From NCBI RefSeq assembly GCF_009914755.1, contig NC_060930.1: a stretch of 64,000 bases of DNA; one strand, written 5' to 3'. The stretch's first letter is position 1, and the number at the start of each line of letters is the position of its first letter. The notes beneath the pieces were generated by a model. That model searched no databases. It was not told the DNA's origin and was given only the letters and a program-made list of their open reading frames with translations. A program made the translations under genes and the position numbers. This DNA is from the human T2T-CHM13v2.0 reference genome, Homo sapiens. Below, piece by piece: positions 13,091 through 27,293 of the stretch.

Positions 13091-14406
13091 GGTGGAGGTC
13101 AATCATTTCACTGATATTTTAAACTACTTTTCTCGCACTTTTCTAACCCAATTTTAAATACAATACGTATTTTAAAATTAAAAAAAACATTTTATTTGTT
13201 ATAAGCAACATTCATACATTTATTCCAAACCCATGGTTTTTCCATCATTTGGACCTTTTTTTATTCAGGATCTCCTGAATATTTGGACTTTGATGAAAAC
13301 CTGTTGCTACTACTTGCTATTACTACTATTACCACTACTACACACAAAGACACGCAATTTCACAACTTTGTTGTGGTCCTAACTATATTATTATTTAAAA
13401 GAAAATGTGATGCACTTTGCATGTGCCTGCACACACACACACTCACACTCTTCCACATTCTGTTTTCTGCATGAGGAAGTACTGCATGGAATATAGAAAT
13501 ACTGTCACTCCAAATAGCTTGACTTCAATGTTTCAGATATGAGATAAGCCTCCCTAAATAAGTCTTAAGAGGAATGCTTATTTTGCAAAGATTCAGTCTG
13601 CTATACTAGATGGTATCTGATTTCTTCTGCTGCAGACACAATGCTTTGTGGTCCAGATAAATATAACTGTGAAAAAGACAAGATTTCACTGCCTTTGAGT
13701 TTGATTTTGAACTTCTTCAGTTCATAGATTGCCAAAAGAAGAAATTGTTCTAACTTTGGGTGAGGTCACACAGTGAACCAACACCCAGCATCTGCTACTA
13801 CATAGCTTTTCATCTTATCTGGCTGTACATTTCTTTACTTCAATATTTTACTGACTGTTTAACATTTTCCTTTCTCTTATTTAGCCACATCCATATGGTC
13901 TTGACACTTCATGCATTCTCTATGCTCCCATTTTCCCTGATTATCTTTCTGAATTAGTATCATCTTTGCTCATGAACTGAGGAATCCTTCCATGCATAAT
14001 GAAGAAGCAAGGTGATGATATTCTCAAGTGATAGTTCAACTTCATTCATGTCAAGGAGTTGCAGAGATCATTTTTGCCACTGCAGTTGAAGAAAAACAAA
14101 CAAACAGGCAAAAGCTAAGCAAGCAAACAATTCCTCAGTTTGAAATTTATTTCCTTTTTAACCAAATAATCTAATATGTGATCTCTGAAACTCTCCAAAT
14201 TTCCATTTTCTAATCTTTTGAAATGGAAACATTATAATTATCTCAGGAATTTGTGGCTAGAATTAGACTAAATGATTTAACAAATATTTCCTGAGTATTC
14301 AAGTACTAATATTGAAATAACAGATCTCCATTGATTAGATGACAATTTGGTCTGCCTTATTGAAGGGAGCATTGGCGAACACTTCACTTTTCCCCTGTCC
14401 CAGCTC

Positions 14407-14812
<406 letters not shown>

Positions 14813-16129
14813 TAGAATAGCCACAGAACATTATGTGAACACTCAAAAATTGTTACGGATATATAACAAAATTAAAATGCTGTTTCAAAATGACAGGAAA
14901 ATCAAAATGCTAACTTCATTTTTAGGGTGTTTAAACCAAAATATGAAGCAGAATCCCTGTCTCACTATCCAAAACCCTTACATGTATGGAAAAACACATT
15001 AGAACTGACTCACTAGACGTTGAACCCTGGTGTGCATTATCTTCAGATATTTATATTTAATTTGTCTGTCTAGTAAAATTATTCAGAGTGGCTACACGAA
15101 CTAATTTGTTTATTGTTAGTTATTTCAGGAAGCAAGAGCCTCAAACTACTGACATCACTGCTTTTCCCATAACACATAGACACACACACAAGCACACCTC
15201 CACACACACATGTTCTCTGTCTCTGTCTCTGTCCCTCTTACACACCTCTCAAACCCATTAAGTCAACAACAGAAACAAAACAAAAACAATTATGGTTGAT
15301 AAGTTTCTGTAGGTGTAGTTCTAAAATGGCTCCAGTTTGTAATGCAGGCGCTTAAGTCATGACTCAATGCTTTATGCCTAAGTCCTGATTCTGCAATCCT
15401 TCCTTGGCAAAATTCCCAATGGAGTTTGATGCTTACAGAAAAACTTTGCTGAGTGGACATTAAACACATAAAATGGGCCACAGGGCATTCTCTCTTTTCA
15501 GCACAGAATAAATGCATACATTGTCCCTGCCTTATTCTGTCATCATTTCATTTTCATGGTCTTTTGTCTTTTGTATATGCTAAATGCAATGTACCACACT
15601 TCTGATAGTGTCACTCTGCTTTTATCTGTTCTTTCTTTTATGCCTACTTATATGCTCCTCATTATTCTTTCCTTCCCTGAAGCTTCCCAGTGTGAAGAGT
15701 GTGCATTTAAAATAGGTGAGATATAATTGGAGGTGGCTGCATGCATTTGTAGGTCCTGCAGAAATTGTCAGAATCAGGCCCTGTGATGTTATTTGAAGAT
15801 GGCAGATGGCGAGTTGGAAATATTTCAGCTAATGAGCCTGCTGACTTTAAACCATTCAATGAGTTCAGAAAGTTGTGCAAAGGCCACTTACCAAGGTAAA
15901 CAAGCAGGCATTCCTTAGTTTTCCTTTACTGAGGGGAAGTCACTAGACTCTTGCTTGTTTTTCTGGGTACCAGTATCGATTTTCTTGAATTTGAAGTAAG
16001 AATAATCAATTAAGTAGATAAAATGTCATAGGTTTAAGTATGAATCATCTTATATCTTGTTCAAAAATGTAAAAATAATAGAAGACTTACAGTAGAAATA
16101 ATATATTTTTTAAAATGTTAATGGACAGA

Positions 16130-16292
16130 AGCCAGGTGTGTGGTGCATGCTTATAATTCCAGGTACTCAGGAGGCTGAGGCAGGAGGAGCTCTTGAGCCC
16201 AGGAGTTTGAGGCCAGCCTGAGCAACAGAGCAAGACCTCATCTCTGAAAAGAAAAAACAAAAAACAAAACGAAACAAAATAAAACAAAAAAA
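16130..16292 (+). mobile_element. FLAM (free left Alu monomer) with A-rich tail
   Basis: gccaggtgtgtggtgcatgc...gagcccaggagtttgaggccagcctg...; monomer only. Confidence 0.88.
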
Positions 16293-18649
16293 CCTTCAAG
16301 GAGAGAAGCATATTAGAACATATGCATAAAATAGCTTGGAGTGATAAGACAGGTTGCAGTGAGATTGTGACCCATTCTTTCATTCAATTCTGCCTTTTGA
16401 ATGAGGGCTGATATTTAAAAAATACCAAGGAATGAATATTGGAGCTCTACACTTAGAGTTGCACGTGTATTTCACCTACATACAGCTGTACACATGTTGC
16501 TGTATATTAACATTTTGGATGAAGATTATAAAAATTCTCAGTGCTTGGATACAATACTTTTGTATAGCTAATGCTTGCAGAGAAAATCCTGGCCCCCTCA
16601 ACTACTTTTGAAAATAATACATGACCTCTTTCCATCCTATCAACTTGACATTTTGGCATAATGGACATAACAAGAAATGTGTTAGGCTGTAAATTGCTGC
16701 TTAAAGTGAAAGTGCTACTGTTATGGGTCCAACTTTCACTTTAACAATTCTTCAGAAAATGAGTAATCATGGATTTTAAAGGCATCTTCTAAGATTTTAT
16801 TCTTTAGAATCCTGATTGGTCTTTTTTATTAATCAACAGATTATCTGTAATCTTCCTTCATGCCTAGCAAACACAATAAAATTATTACAAAGACAAAAAT
16901 TTTGACTATGTGTTAGGATAAGTTTTGCTAATATATTCCAATATTGAAAAAAAGAAAAATAAGATTATTTTTAGTGGTTATTAAGTCTGATACTAAGTAG
17001 CTAATTCAGCATAAAAATCTTGGCTAATCATTTAATCTTTGGGCATCAATTTCTTCACTGTTAACATGACAGTTGTAGTATTTCTCCTTAAAATACTTCA
17101 GGGCAGAATTAAATCATGCTAAGAATTTATATTAGAGACTAGGCACCAAGAAACTCAGAAAAAGTACAGAAAAATTAAAATACTAATGTTGATTACTAAA
17201 CCAAATATTCTAGACCCAGTATTAGACTATGAAAATATTTTACTGAAAGTTCTAATATTTCGTAGAGGAGGACAATGACATGAGTGAAGATGACATATGT
17301 GAATTGCAATACTATTGGAACATTTTAAAAATTTAGAGTAGTGAATAAAATATATAGATTAATTGAATCTTCTTAGAGTTATCAGTTTCAAAAGACAAAA
17401 TAAATCCCTGTTATATCAGTTTAAACAGAATCAGAACACTAAATAACTTTAAAACTGGAACTTTGGGGACAAAACTCCACCTTTTTATGTTAATCACTGG
17501 ACACTGGAATATTTATGGTCTCTAGATGTAGCAAGACAAAAACACTGGTTAAGTTTACTATGGCATATGTTGAATTAACTTATTCTGAAAGGTGCCTTTT
17601 GGGATAAGTCTCTGAGACCAACTGTCTTGATTCTTTCTTATAAAAGCAGACTACACAACACATACTCCTTCAATAAATCATTGAGCTTTCCCCTGCAGGT
17701 TTGTATCTGAATTAATCAATATTAAAATAGTGCTTATAGAAACAACATTGTACCTTTGCAATGAGACACAAAAACTAGTGACAACTGAACATGCAAAATT
17801 ACCAATTTCTGTAAAATAAATAGCAGAGAGAGTGATTACTAGTATTGGACTTCAAGTTTGTTGGTAGTACTCATGTTAAGAAGAAGGTTTAGGGTTCCTC
17901 AATTTTGAGACTTAACTTTATCCTCTCCTAACATTATTTCTCTTACTCTTGGCTCTTTCCATAAGAAATCGCACCCATGCATGGCATGCCAACATCTTCA
18001 AATTCAGAATACAGGTTCACAAGTGTATCTCCAACCCAAATATTTTTTCTGATACTCACACCCAAATAGCCAGCTTCCAGCTCTAGATTTCTACTAGAAT
18101 GTCCTAAAAATACCTCAAATTCAGCATGGTGTAAAAGAGATATAGAGTCTTATATTCTAAGCATGTCCTTTTCTAGTATCCCATCTCAAAGTCCCATCTC
18201 ACTTCAGTGTAGCATCTCATTTTGATTGAATCTGGCTTCTAACATGTTGAAGCAATTTTGAAATGTATTTCTACTTTTTAAAATATTATCAGGTCCATGA
18301 CATTGAATTCTGAGTATATTAATATTTCTCTTAAAGTCACCCAAATTTTCTTATAGACATACACCTACTATTAATGTTTGGTTTACATGAATGTCCTATA
18401 CAAAACTTCATGTAGTTTAGATAGATTTCAGCTATTGTTTCTCTATCATCTATTTGAATTGAACTGTGTCATAGAAATAAATTGTTAGTCCACATTATAA
18501 ATTAACCAAGAAGTACTGATTACAAATATCACCCACATTTTTCAGTGATCATAAATTTATTATTTGGTCATTTGCTCAATTAGCTATTTTTAAAATAAAT
18601 AGAAACTGGCAAATTTTAAATTTCAAGTGCTTGCTTTCATTTTAAAAAT

Positions 18650-19670
18650 AAAATCTGCAGATTTTTAAAATATCAGTTATTTTTCTTTGTTCATTATATG
18701 CATTGCAATATATTTTTCTAATGTGTGGCTAATCTTCCTCTTCTGGATTTGCTCTCTTTGTGTCTTAAGAAATTCTACTGTAACCAAAAGCTATATATAT
18801 TCTTCTCTATTTTCCTGAATGTTTGAAGTTTGTCTTCTAGCATCAAGTCTTGAAGATGTCTTAAATTTCTTTTTGCGCAAATATGAGAGCGGAATTTAAA
18901 TTTTTTCCTACATGAGAAACAAGTGTGGTTTTCCATTTATTTTCTCAATGATACATCTGTCATCTAATGTATTTTCCTACATTTAGGGCTTCATTTCTGG
19001 GCTCGCTGTTATGTTCTCTCAGTGTGCGTTCCTATACCCGTACTATTTCCATATCATTTTAATTAAAGCAATTCTATAAAAAATAACTATATTTGGTCAG
19101 GCAATTCCACCTTATTATTTTTCAAAAAATGTTTTCTTATTTTTGTCCTTTCAAGTTTAAAGACATTTAAGAAAACTTTTTTCTACTCTAAAAATACCGT
19201 TGATATTTTTTATATGAATCTATACATTACTTTAAAGGGAAATGATCACTTCCAGATAGGAAAAGGAAATATTGCTTCACTTATTCAAGCCTTTAAAAAT
19301 GGATTTCAAAATTTTTTTCATAATTTTTACATGAAAATGTCATCAATATTTAGATACATTTATTCTTTGTAACAGAGTTTGTTTCCATTGTGAATAGGGT
19401 ACCCTGAACGAATAAATTTTTGAATTATTCATCACTTATGTTTAGGAATGCTAAACATTAATTTTCATAGGATGATCTTGTATCCAGAAGTTTTGCTAAT
19501 TTCTCTTATTCATACTAATATTTTGTTTGTGGGTAAATTTGGAATATTTATGAAGATGGCTTTTCTGCAAATACAACTTTGATTATCCCTTTTCAATTCT
19601 TATACCTTTTCTCCATTGGTACTATATCTGATACAATGTTGAAATCAAGATGACATTTTTAGTGTGTTTT
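18650..19670 (-). mobile_element. Old L1M fragment
   Basis: T-rich reverse L1 ORF2-like text (gatcttgtatccagaagttttgctaatttctcttatt). Boundaries approximate. Confidence 0.6.
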
Positions 19671-20889
19671 ATATTTAATATTTAAACATAAGTACATATG
19701 TATAATTTGTAATGCTATATAAATGCATATATGTGATCATATTACACATATTCATGCACATTGATTTTTGCGTTGTTTTGTTTAGTCAAAATCATTTTAA
19801 AATGCTTGTATCTCTCCCATAAGCCATATTATCAACCTAGTCTAAATCACTCCATATTTTCCACATTTTCTCCATACTGTTATAATAATCTTCAAACATA
19901 TGGAAAGGCATGTAATGGCAGAAAATCCTGACTAGCCAACACAACTTGTTCTTCATTCCTTCTCTCACCCAGAATCCCTCGCAGTTAAATGTATCAAGAA
20001 TCTAAATCTTCCCTGGTGGCAAGGGGATGGGACTGATGCATGCCACCTGGCACGCATGCCCTCACACTTCCTCCTCCTTTGTGCTGGCTGCAATGCCAAT
20101 GCATAGGCAGAACTTGGAACCATGTACTGAAGATGGCAGAGGCCGCCCCAAATGACCACACACCCCCAACCAACACCAACACCACCTGCAAACCTATCTT
20201 ATTATTAATTTTTTCATATGATTTGGAATTTCAGGTTATATTTCAGCCTGAGAACTGTATTATTGTGGTTGTTGCCGTTTTTGTTTCTTTTTTTCCTATG
20301 AATTGCGATTGTGTGATTCCTTCCTCTCGCACCAATCTTTCACTGGGCCTCTAGTCCCAAGTACACTTTGATGGCTCCAAAACTTGCCTCATAGTGTTAG
20401 TAGGGATATTCCTGAACAAGCCTCTATTTCAATACATGACTTGCTTCAGGTCCTAGATGAGGGGCTGAGTTTATTTTCTCCACTTTCCTGGGTCTGCACT
20501 TTCCTATTAACTGTAGCACCAGAGAACTATTTACGGCAACTGTTTTTCACCTTCTTTTCTTGAATGGGGGTTCCACTTCAGTATCTGGTTAATTGCATTG
20601 AGACTTGTGTAAAATCCCTGCTTATTCCAATGAACGTTATTGCCTTATGTGATCCTGGTCAGCAATTCTGTTTAAGGATCCAGAGCCCAGCACCCCCGCA
20701 GCTTCTTTTTGGCTTACTACCTTGTTTTCACTCTGTTTTTCAACCAAGTAAATGTTTCCCTCTTGATTGCATATGGTTACGGCTTTTAAAATTTATCCAT
20801 CTATAATTTATCTTTCATTTTAAGGAATGAAGATGAGAAGAGCCTTCAAATCTTGAAAATGCACTTCCATATTCCTGGAAAATGAGAGT

Positions 20890-21020
20890 TAAAAAGCCAG
20901 AGTCCTTGTCTCCACTACATGATTACTGAATCAGAATCTTTGGTCATGAGTCCTGAACGACATTTTTATTTTAATTCAATAGGAGAGTTTAGTGCATAAC
21001 CAGATTTAAGAGAATAAATT
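20890..21020. mobile_element. MER5-like hAT remnant
   Basis: tactgaatcagaatct...catttttattttaa motif typical of MER5. Confidence 0.45.
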
Positions 21021-23089
21021 AGAACATGGTTCTACCTTTACTCAAAGAAGAATATGCTGTGGCTATTTAAGTATTATAAGATTAACACATAACAGATTAA
21101 TTTCTCATTTAATTGTGTATGATATTGCCATATTATGTCTGATGCTCCTTTAATGAAACCTTTTAAGGAGCTCTCTAATTACTAAAAGAAGTGTTAAAAC
21201 TTTAACCTAGAAAATTTTCTTTTAAAGTTAATTCCTGTTACTAAAGATTTATTTGAGATGTGACTGTTCCAATATGTGTGAGATGGTGGTGATCCCCTTT
21301 AATGAAAGAGAAAGCCTAATGAGACAACACCTCCTACAGGTGAAAGTTAAAGTCACTTTGCATGATATGATTACACTTTGCTGATAAAATCTCCAGGAGT
21401 TGTCATTTACATTCAGCATCATAGGTCTGAATTTTGGCTGGTTGTTTGGAACAAAAAAGAAGAAGAATTTCAATGCATAAAATTTTAAAGCACCATTAAT
21501 ATTCTGGCAAATTTCTAGGAGACATCACTGTCACTCTAAGTGGGAAAAATAAAAATGACTAATTAAAATCCTGACAGTAATTTAAGGGCTGAATTTCTAA
21601 AATAATAATAATAATAAAATGGGATTTAAAATAATTATTCTGGTGATTACATTTAATTGTCTTTTTGTACAAATCACTGTCTAGTCATAGCCCTTACTAA
21701 AAATTAGGAAGAAAATGGTACAATGAAGTAAAACTGAGGATTTAGCTAATGCATCTTCTTCAACATGATATATGTTGCCCCTGTCCCCATCACTAATATC
21801 TCTAACGATGAAATGGCTGGTGCTAGATCCAACCACCTGGTATGGGATTATGGAAAGAAGATACTTGGAAGAGTAGAAGAAGATTCTTTGAGAATATATT
21901 TCCAGACATCAGAGACTAAAATAAACAAAAACTAAACTTTTAAAATAAAAATATTGATATATATAATATTCCTGTCTGCACCTTTTAAAAATATTTCCAC
22001 CTTATATTGGCAAAAGAAATATAGCATCATTGTGTGATTAAATTACTTAATGGTATCTAACCATTTCAACTTACATTGTTATATCCAAGTCAACCAACAG
22101 TAAGATCATGTTAAAGAAACCTAGAATTTATTTAAGATGAATTAATGTTTTGGTAAGTCCAGGATATTTTTCTTACCTTTCTCAATTAATTTAAACTTTG
22201 AATACTAAAATGTAGCACGATTTATCTGCCTGTTGGACATTTAACATAACATATATGAATCCTCTTGCAAGGCAAAATATACTAATTTACATATCGTGTC
22301 AAAATAACAAAATAGTGTGCAGCAATAAACTAACTCTATCATAAAAGCCGATGAAAAGAAAGTTTTAGTTATAATAACACATTTCTAAAAGAAGGCATAA
22401 GTTCCTTAATAGGTTTGAAGCTATGTTGCTTTAATTTTTTTTGATTAGATACATATGGGGCTGAGAAAAAAAATCATGTTGTGTTCTTACATTTCATTAA
22501 ATAACAATTATGTTTATTTTAACATTAGTTGCAAAATTAGGAAAGTATGACTTAAGGCTATAGTTTTATACATTGCTACACTCACTAATGGTGGCTCTCC
22601 ATGCATCCTTCATTCCTCTTACTCATCTTTCTGTCAGCTTTCCTCTCCCGCTGATCTCCATACCACTTCCAACCCCAATCCATGCTTATGTAAGCTCACC
22701 AGAAATCCTTCTCTTATCAATAAAAAAATCCCAGTAAGATGAAAGTTGTACAGCTAAGTCCCTCTACTAAGTGTGGTCAATATTTTACAGGGAAACAGGC
22801 TCTTCTTCTAACATTCACAATAGTAAGTACATTACTTGGTTTTTATAATTTCAGTGACTCATTAATATGGGCACAATGGAAAATTTTTAATATTTACTTT
22901 GACACCAGGAAATATTAGACAACTCTGAGCACAATGCCATGTCCACAGAATATACTTGGATTAGTTAGAAATTTTATGTTTTACGTTGAATTTGGCAAGT
23001 TTATTTGTGTTTTAGGGAACATAATTTGATGTATGGCATATCAGAATCCACCTTACTTCAAGCCTATCACAATGGAAAGGCTAGAGATG

Positions 23090-23270
23090 CAACATGGCAC
23101 ATTAGAAAAAGAACAGTGCTTGATTTAGGAGATTGAAGTTCTAATGCTGTCTCCACTACAAACTGTAACTTTGAAAAAGGTCTTGACTATTTGGGCTTCA
23201 TTTGTCTGTAAGACAAGAGGATTGGACTACAGTTTCTAAGTTCCTCCTAGCTATACAATATGTTTAGGAT
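23090..23270 (+). mobile_element. MIR3-like
   Basis: gttctaatgctgtctccactacaaactgtaactttg...ggattggactac...tcctagct. Confidence 0.55.
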
Positions 23271-23674
23271 TCTATTATATATGAACTTACAGAATCAAAA
23301 GATTTCACTGAGAAATTTTTACTATTTCATTTTATCTTAAATCTTTGGTTTCCATGGCTATTCCTAAGATTCGCTCTTTGGATATTTATAAAATGTAGAT
23401 TCCTCCATTTCACTACAGACCCATGGAATCAGAATAGCATAAGACTTTTTAAAATTTTTGCAGTATTTCTGATGCAGCTACACTTTCCTTTTTTGTTTCA
23501 TAGTACAATTTAGAATTTAATGATGGAATATAAATCTTTTTTCTTTTGCTTAAAAACATATGAAGGCTATGGTTTTGAGAGCCTGAAAATGAAATGATTC
23601 ATTACTTTGTTGCAAATAACTGAATATGCAAAAGGCAGATCAATGTGGCTTCACATTTCATTGTATAATATTAC

Positions 23675-23725
23675 CTTTTTCCTTTAGGGAAGCTGGAACT
23701 TTCTCTTCTTTCCCTTTAATAGGTT
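23675..23725 (-). CDS. TRDN: Triadin coding micro-exon (~exon 23), 51 nt: EPIKGKEEKVPASLKEK
   Basis: Minus strand reads gtttcttttcag|AACCTATTAAAG...CTAAAGGAAAAAG|gtaata. In frame. Confidence 0.97.
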
Positions 23726-23793
23726 CTGAAAAGAAACATCGGACATTTATTTGAAGCCAAGACAAAGAGATTTTCAGATACCTATAAATGAAG

Positions 23794-23827
23794 TCAGTAA
23801 GCTGAAAGTATCAGTAAGCTGAAAGTA
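23794..23827. repeat. Perfect 17-bp tandem duplication (tcagtaagctgaaagta x2)
   Basis: 23794-23810 is identical to 23811-23827. Confidence 0.95.
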
Positions 23828-26800
23828 AGTGGAAACTTTATAATGCACTTTAAAAATGGTTTTACTCATATAGGGACAAAGAAACAACAGTATAGAATAC
23901 AATAAGCCATAAACTGATCATTTTTCCTTGGCACAAACATAAGTTGTTCAACAAGTTATAATCTACTTGTTTAAGAGAATGAGTATTTGGATGGATAGGA
24001 CCTTATTTATGTGTAATTTTTAAAAATCGCATGACTTCAGCATGCAGAAGTCTTCCAAAACTGTTTAATCAGCACAAAGCCAGTTTATTTCTTTTAGCCC
24101 ACATTTTGTCAAAAAAATAAACAACCAAATAGAAAATCCTGCACATATCATGTATGTAGCGGTGTTTTAGTCTTCAGACTCAAACTTGAGAATAAGACCA
24201 AAATAAAATTTGAGAGACAATTTCAGCTAGGAGACAATTTTACCTATAAACTTTTAAAGTCTTCAAAATGAAGGCCTTGGTTGAAGTAACTCAAATAAAA
24301 CTTTACTTATTCTACCACCTTCCAAACACATCTTCAGTGTAATTCAGACCATATCATGGGCTCCAGACACATATATGGTCAATGTCTTTAACATCATTAT
24401 ATTCAACAGCCTAATAAAAAATAAAACATTAACACATTTTATGCTTCCTCTGCAACATTAATGCTCAATAAAGATTTTATGGATGAAAATGACTTTTAAT
24501 GCAATTATAAGGGAAAGAAAGAGATCTATCCTTTCAGCCCCTTTTTCTATTCCCACCATATTATTTGGGTGAAAATACAGAGACTGTGATGGTGGTGCTT
24601 GTAAATGGAGATGCCACTCTAGTAAACACTTAGAATTAACTGAGTCCAGATAGTTTTGGATGTATTAAGAATTGATTTTGAGGTTTTATTAAAAGAACTG
24701 CATCTTTCAAAGCAAAATTTTCTTGTCGGGTAAGCTGTAGCTTTAGATATCCATAAGCATGTAGAATTTTTTTTAATGTCTTTGGTGACAAATAAATGCC
24801 CATGTTGCTATTTATGGTGTTGTGTATAAATAGTGCTATTTTTCCATACTTCAGCATATGAAGATGAAATCAAGAGTCATGAATTGAACAAACACACTGG
24901 AAAGCTTCATTAACTGTTTTTCAAGCTGATGGGGGTAATTTACTGCTCTTGCACTTCCTGGCTAAGCCAAAAGGATTAATGTGTTGTGAAATGAGGAGTG
25001 GTGGTGGGAACAGACTCCCAGTGGGGCAGGAGAGTGCAATGCTTCGAGTCTCAGAATTCAAGATTCAGCATGTTGATCTAAATGGGTGAGTGTGTATGTT
25101 TGTGTGAGGGTTTAGTATTTATAAAATACAGGACCTAGAATGAGAGCCCACAGAACTACATTGATTTTAGTGGAGAGAGAAGGAAAGGGTGGAATAACAG
25201 ATACACTTTTATAGGACATTCAAAGATTGTAAACCCAATACCGTAAGCTTTGGAGAATGATCTCAGAAAATAAAAGTGATTTCTATTTCCAAGTTTGCTA
25301 CTGGCAAGATGCCTTCGGTTCCTAGGCTGAGTCATCACTTGCACTGACTTTCCTACAGATCATTGATTCTCAGCATCCACTTTGTCCTCAGGGGCTTTTG
25401 TCCCAGTTTAGGAAGTCCACAGACTTCTCTGAGGAATCTCTAACTACCCAAGGAAGTGAGGAGGATATTAAATCTGACAAAAAAGTGAAGAGATTATTAC
25501 ATGGAAACTCTGCCCTTCTGCATTAGGAAGGAGAGATACATCAGTGGTTTGAGTCAACTCTTATGACACTTTTCAGCTTATCTATCTTGTTTGTCAAAAG
25601 CAGAATATTGGAAAACATTTTTTAAAATATAGTAGTTTCTTTGTGTTTGTCCAAGAGTCTATAGGATGATTTATGGTTCTTGATTATCAGGGCCTATAAA
25701 GTGTTTAATGGTGCTGGGATATAAAGTGGAACTCTGTCAAAATTATTGAGGCACGAACATTGTTATGGAAAAATAATTCCCTAAGGGATAGGAAAATGGT
25801 TTCAGATTTTCCACTGCCTTACACTACCCCCAGAGACAAAGGCAGTAACGAGGAACTGGGTTAGTATCCATGATGAAGTACAGCATGGCTGGGGAGGAGT
25901 TCCGAAGTCTTCAGACAACTTACCCCAACCTTAATTCTAGCTTTGAATTGTTGAGTGGAAATGGCCAAGAAAAACATGTTGAGGACAAATGGAAGTTGGG
26001 GGATCATAAGTTGCACAGTCCTGAGCATCAGTAAAAGAAGATCAGTTCTGTCAAGATTCCTCTGCCATTATATCCAAACATACACAGACGTGGGGGGCAA
26101 AACTAGTCAATAATTTTGATGTCCAATTGTATTACTCCAATAACAGAGAAACCTAAAAGTGCTATTATTTTGTTCTCAGAGGAGGAGAAATTACTTAACT
26201 ACTGTGTTGCCTCTTTGGATTCAGTTTGCTGTTTCTCAGTCCGTAGGTGAATCTTCCATACTCAGATATGTCAGACCAGGAGTTAGAAACAAGTTATCAG
26301 GGATAGGGTTGAATGCCACAAGGAAGATAACCAATATCATGGGTCACTAACAGGATTTTCTGTTTTCTGGATGGTCAAGACCTCAAAAGCAGGACTATGT
26401 CCCTGTGGGTGTGTTGAAAAGGCTTAAGTGAGTCCACTGGTCCAGGAAAGTCAATAACTGAACCAGCAACAAAAGTTGGCAAGACATATCATTCTCCTGA
26501 TTTTTTTTTTCTTTGCAACGGTCATCCCTAGAACTCTATATGTCCTTACTTAAAGGCAAAAGCCTAATAATGTATCTCTGAATGCCCCCAGTGACTCATG
26601 GTTATCACAACTCTGATAAATGCAGCTCCAAATGATTTCCTTGTAATAATGCTGGTTTTAAACTTGAAGCATCATTTTAAAATGAATTTGGATGTACACA
26701 TGCAGGCGGAATGTATGAGTAACAGGCAAATGTAGGTAATCTCTTAGTGGTTTAATAGAAGTAACTGACAAAATACAACGCTAATAAAATAAGTGAATTT

Positions 26801-27055
26801 TTAGCAAGTGAAATTGCTGCATTCTGATTCTGCCACAGCTTAGCAGCAGGCTTCAAAGAGACTCTCCAAAAACAATAACACTGCAGAGGCTTTTGAAGTC
26901 CCTAAAATCTTATAGGTAATATTAAAATTTTGTCTTTGATACTTAGTAATGATAAATTATATTCAGGAAAAATGAAATTCTTCTAAAACAGTATTCGACT
27001 TATATATAATAAAGGCATTTTGGGGGCATTAATGCAGTTTGAATTAAAAAGTAGA

Positions 27056-27293
27056 TATATTTATATCATCCTAAATCAATAATCATATGCTGCAAACCTT
27101 TATATATGTAATTTTCTAGTGATTGAAATTCTAGAGAAAATAGTAGATAATTTTACATTGAGCAAAAACTTTTCAGTAAGGAATGTCAATTGTAAAATTA
27201 TCTACTATTTTCTCTAACATTTTCAATCACTGGAAAATTACGTATATAAGGTTTGCAGCATGTGATTATTGATTTAGGATGATGTAAAATATA
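27056..27293. repeat. Long inverted repeat / hairpin (106- and 108-nt arms, 24-nt spacer)
   Basis: 27056-27161 aligns to the reverse complement of 27186-27293 with 4 substitutions, 3 one-base indels and one small internal loop. Confidence 0.95.
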
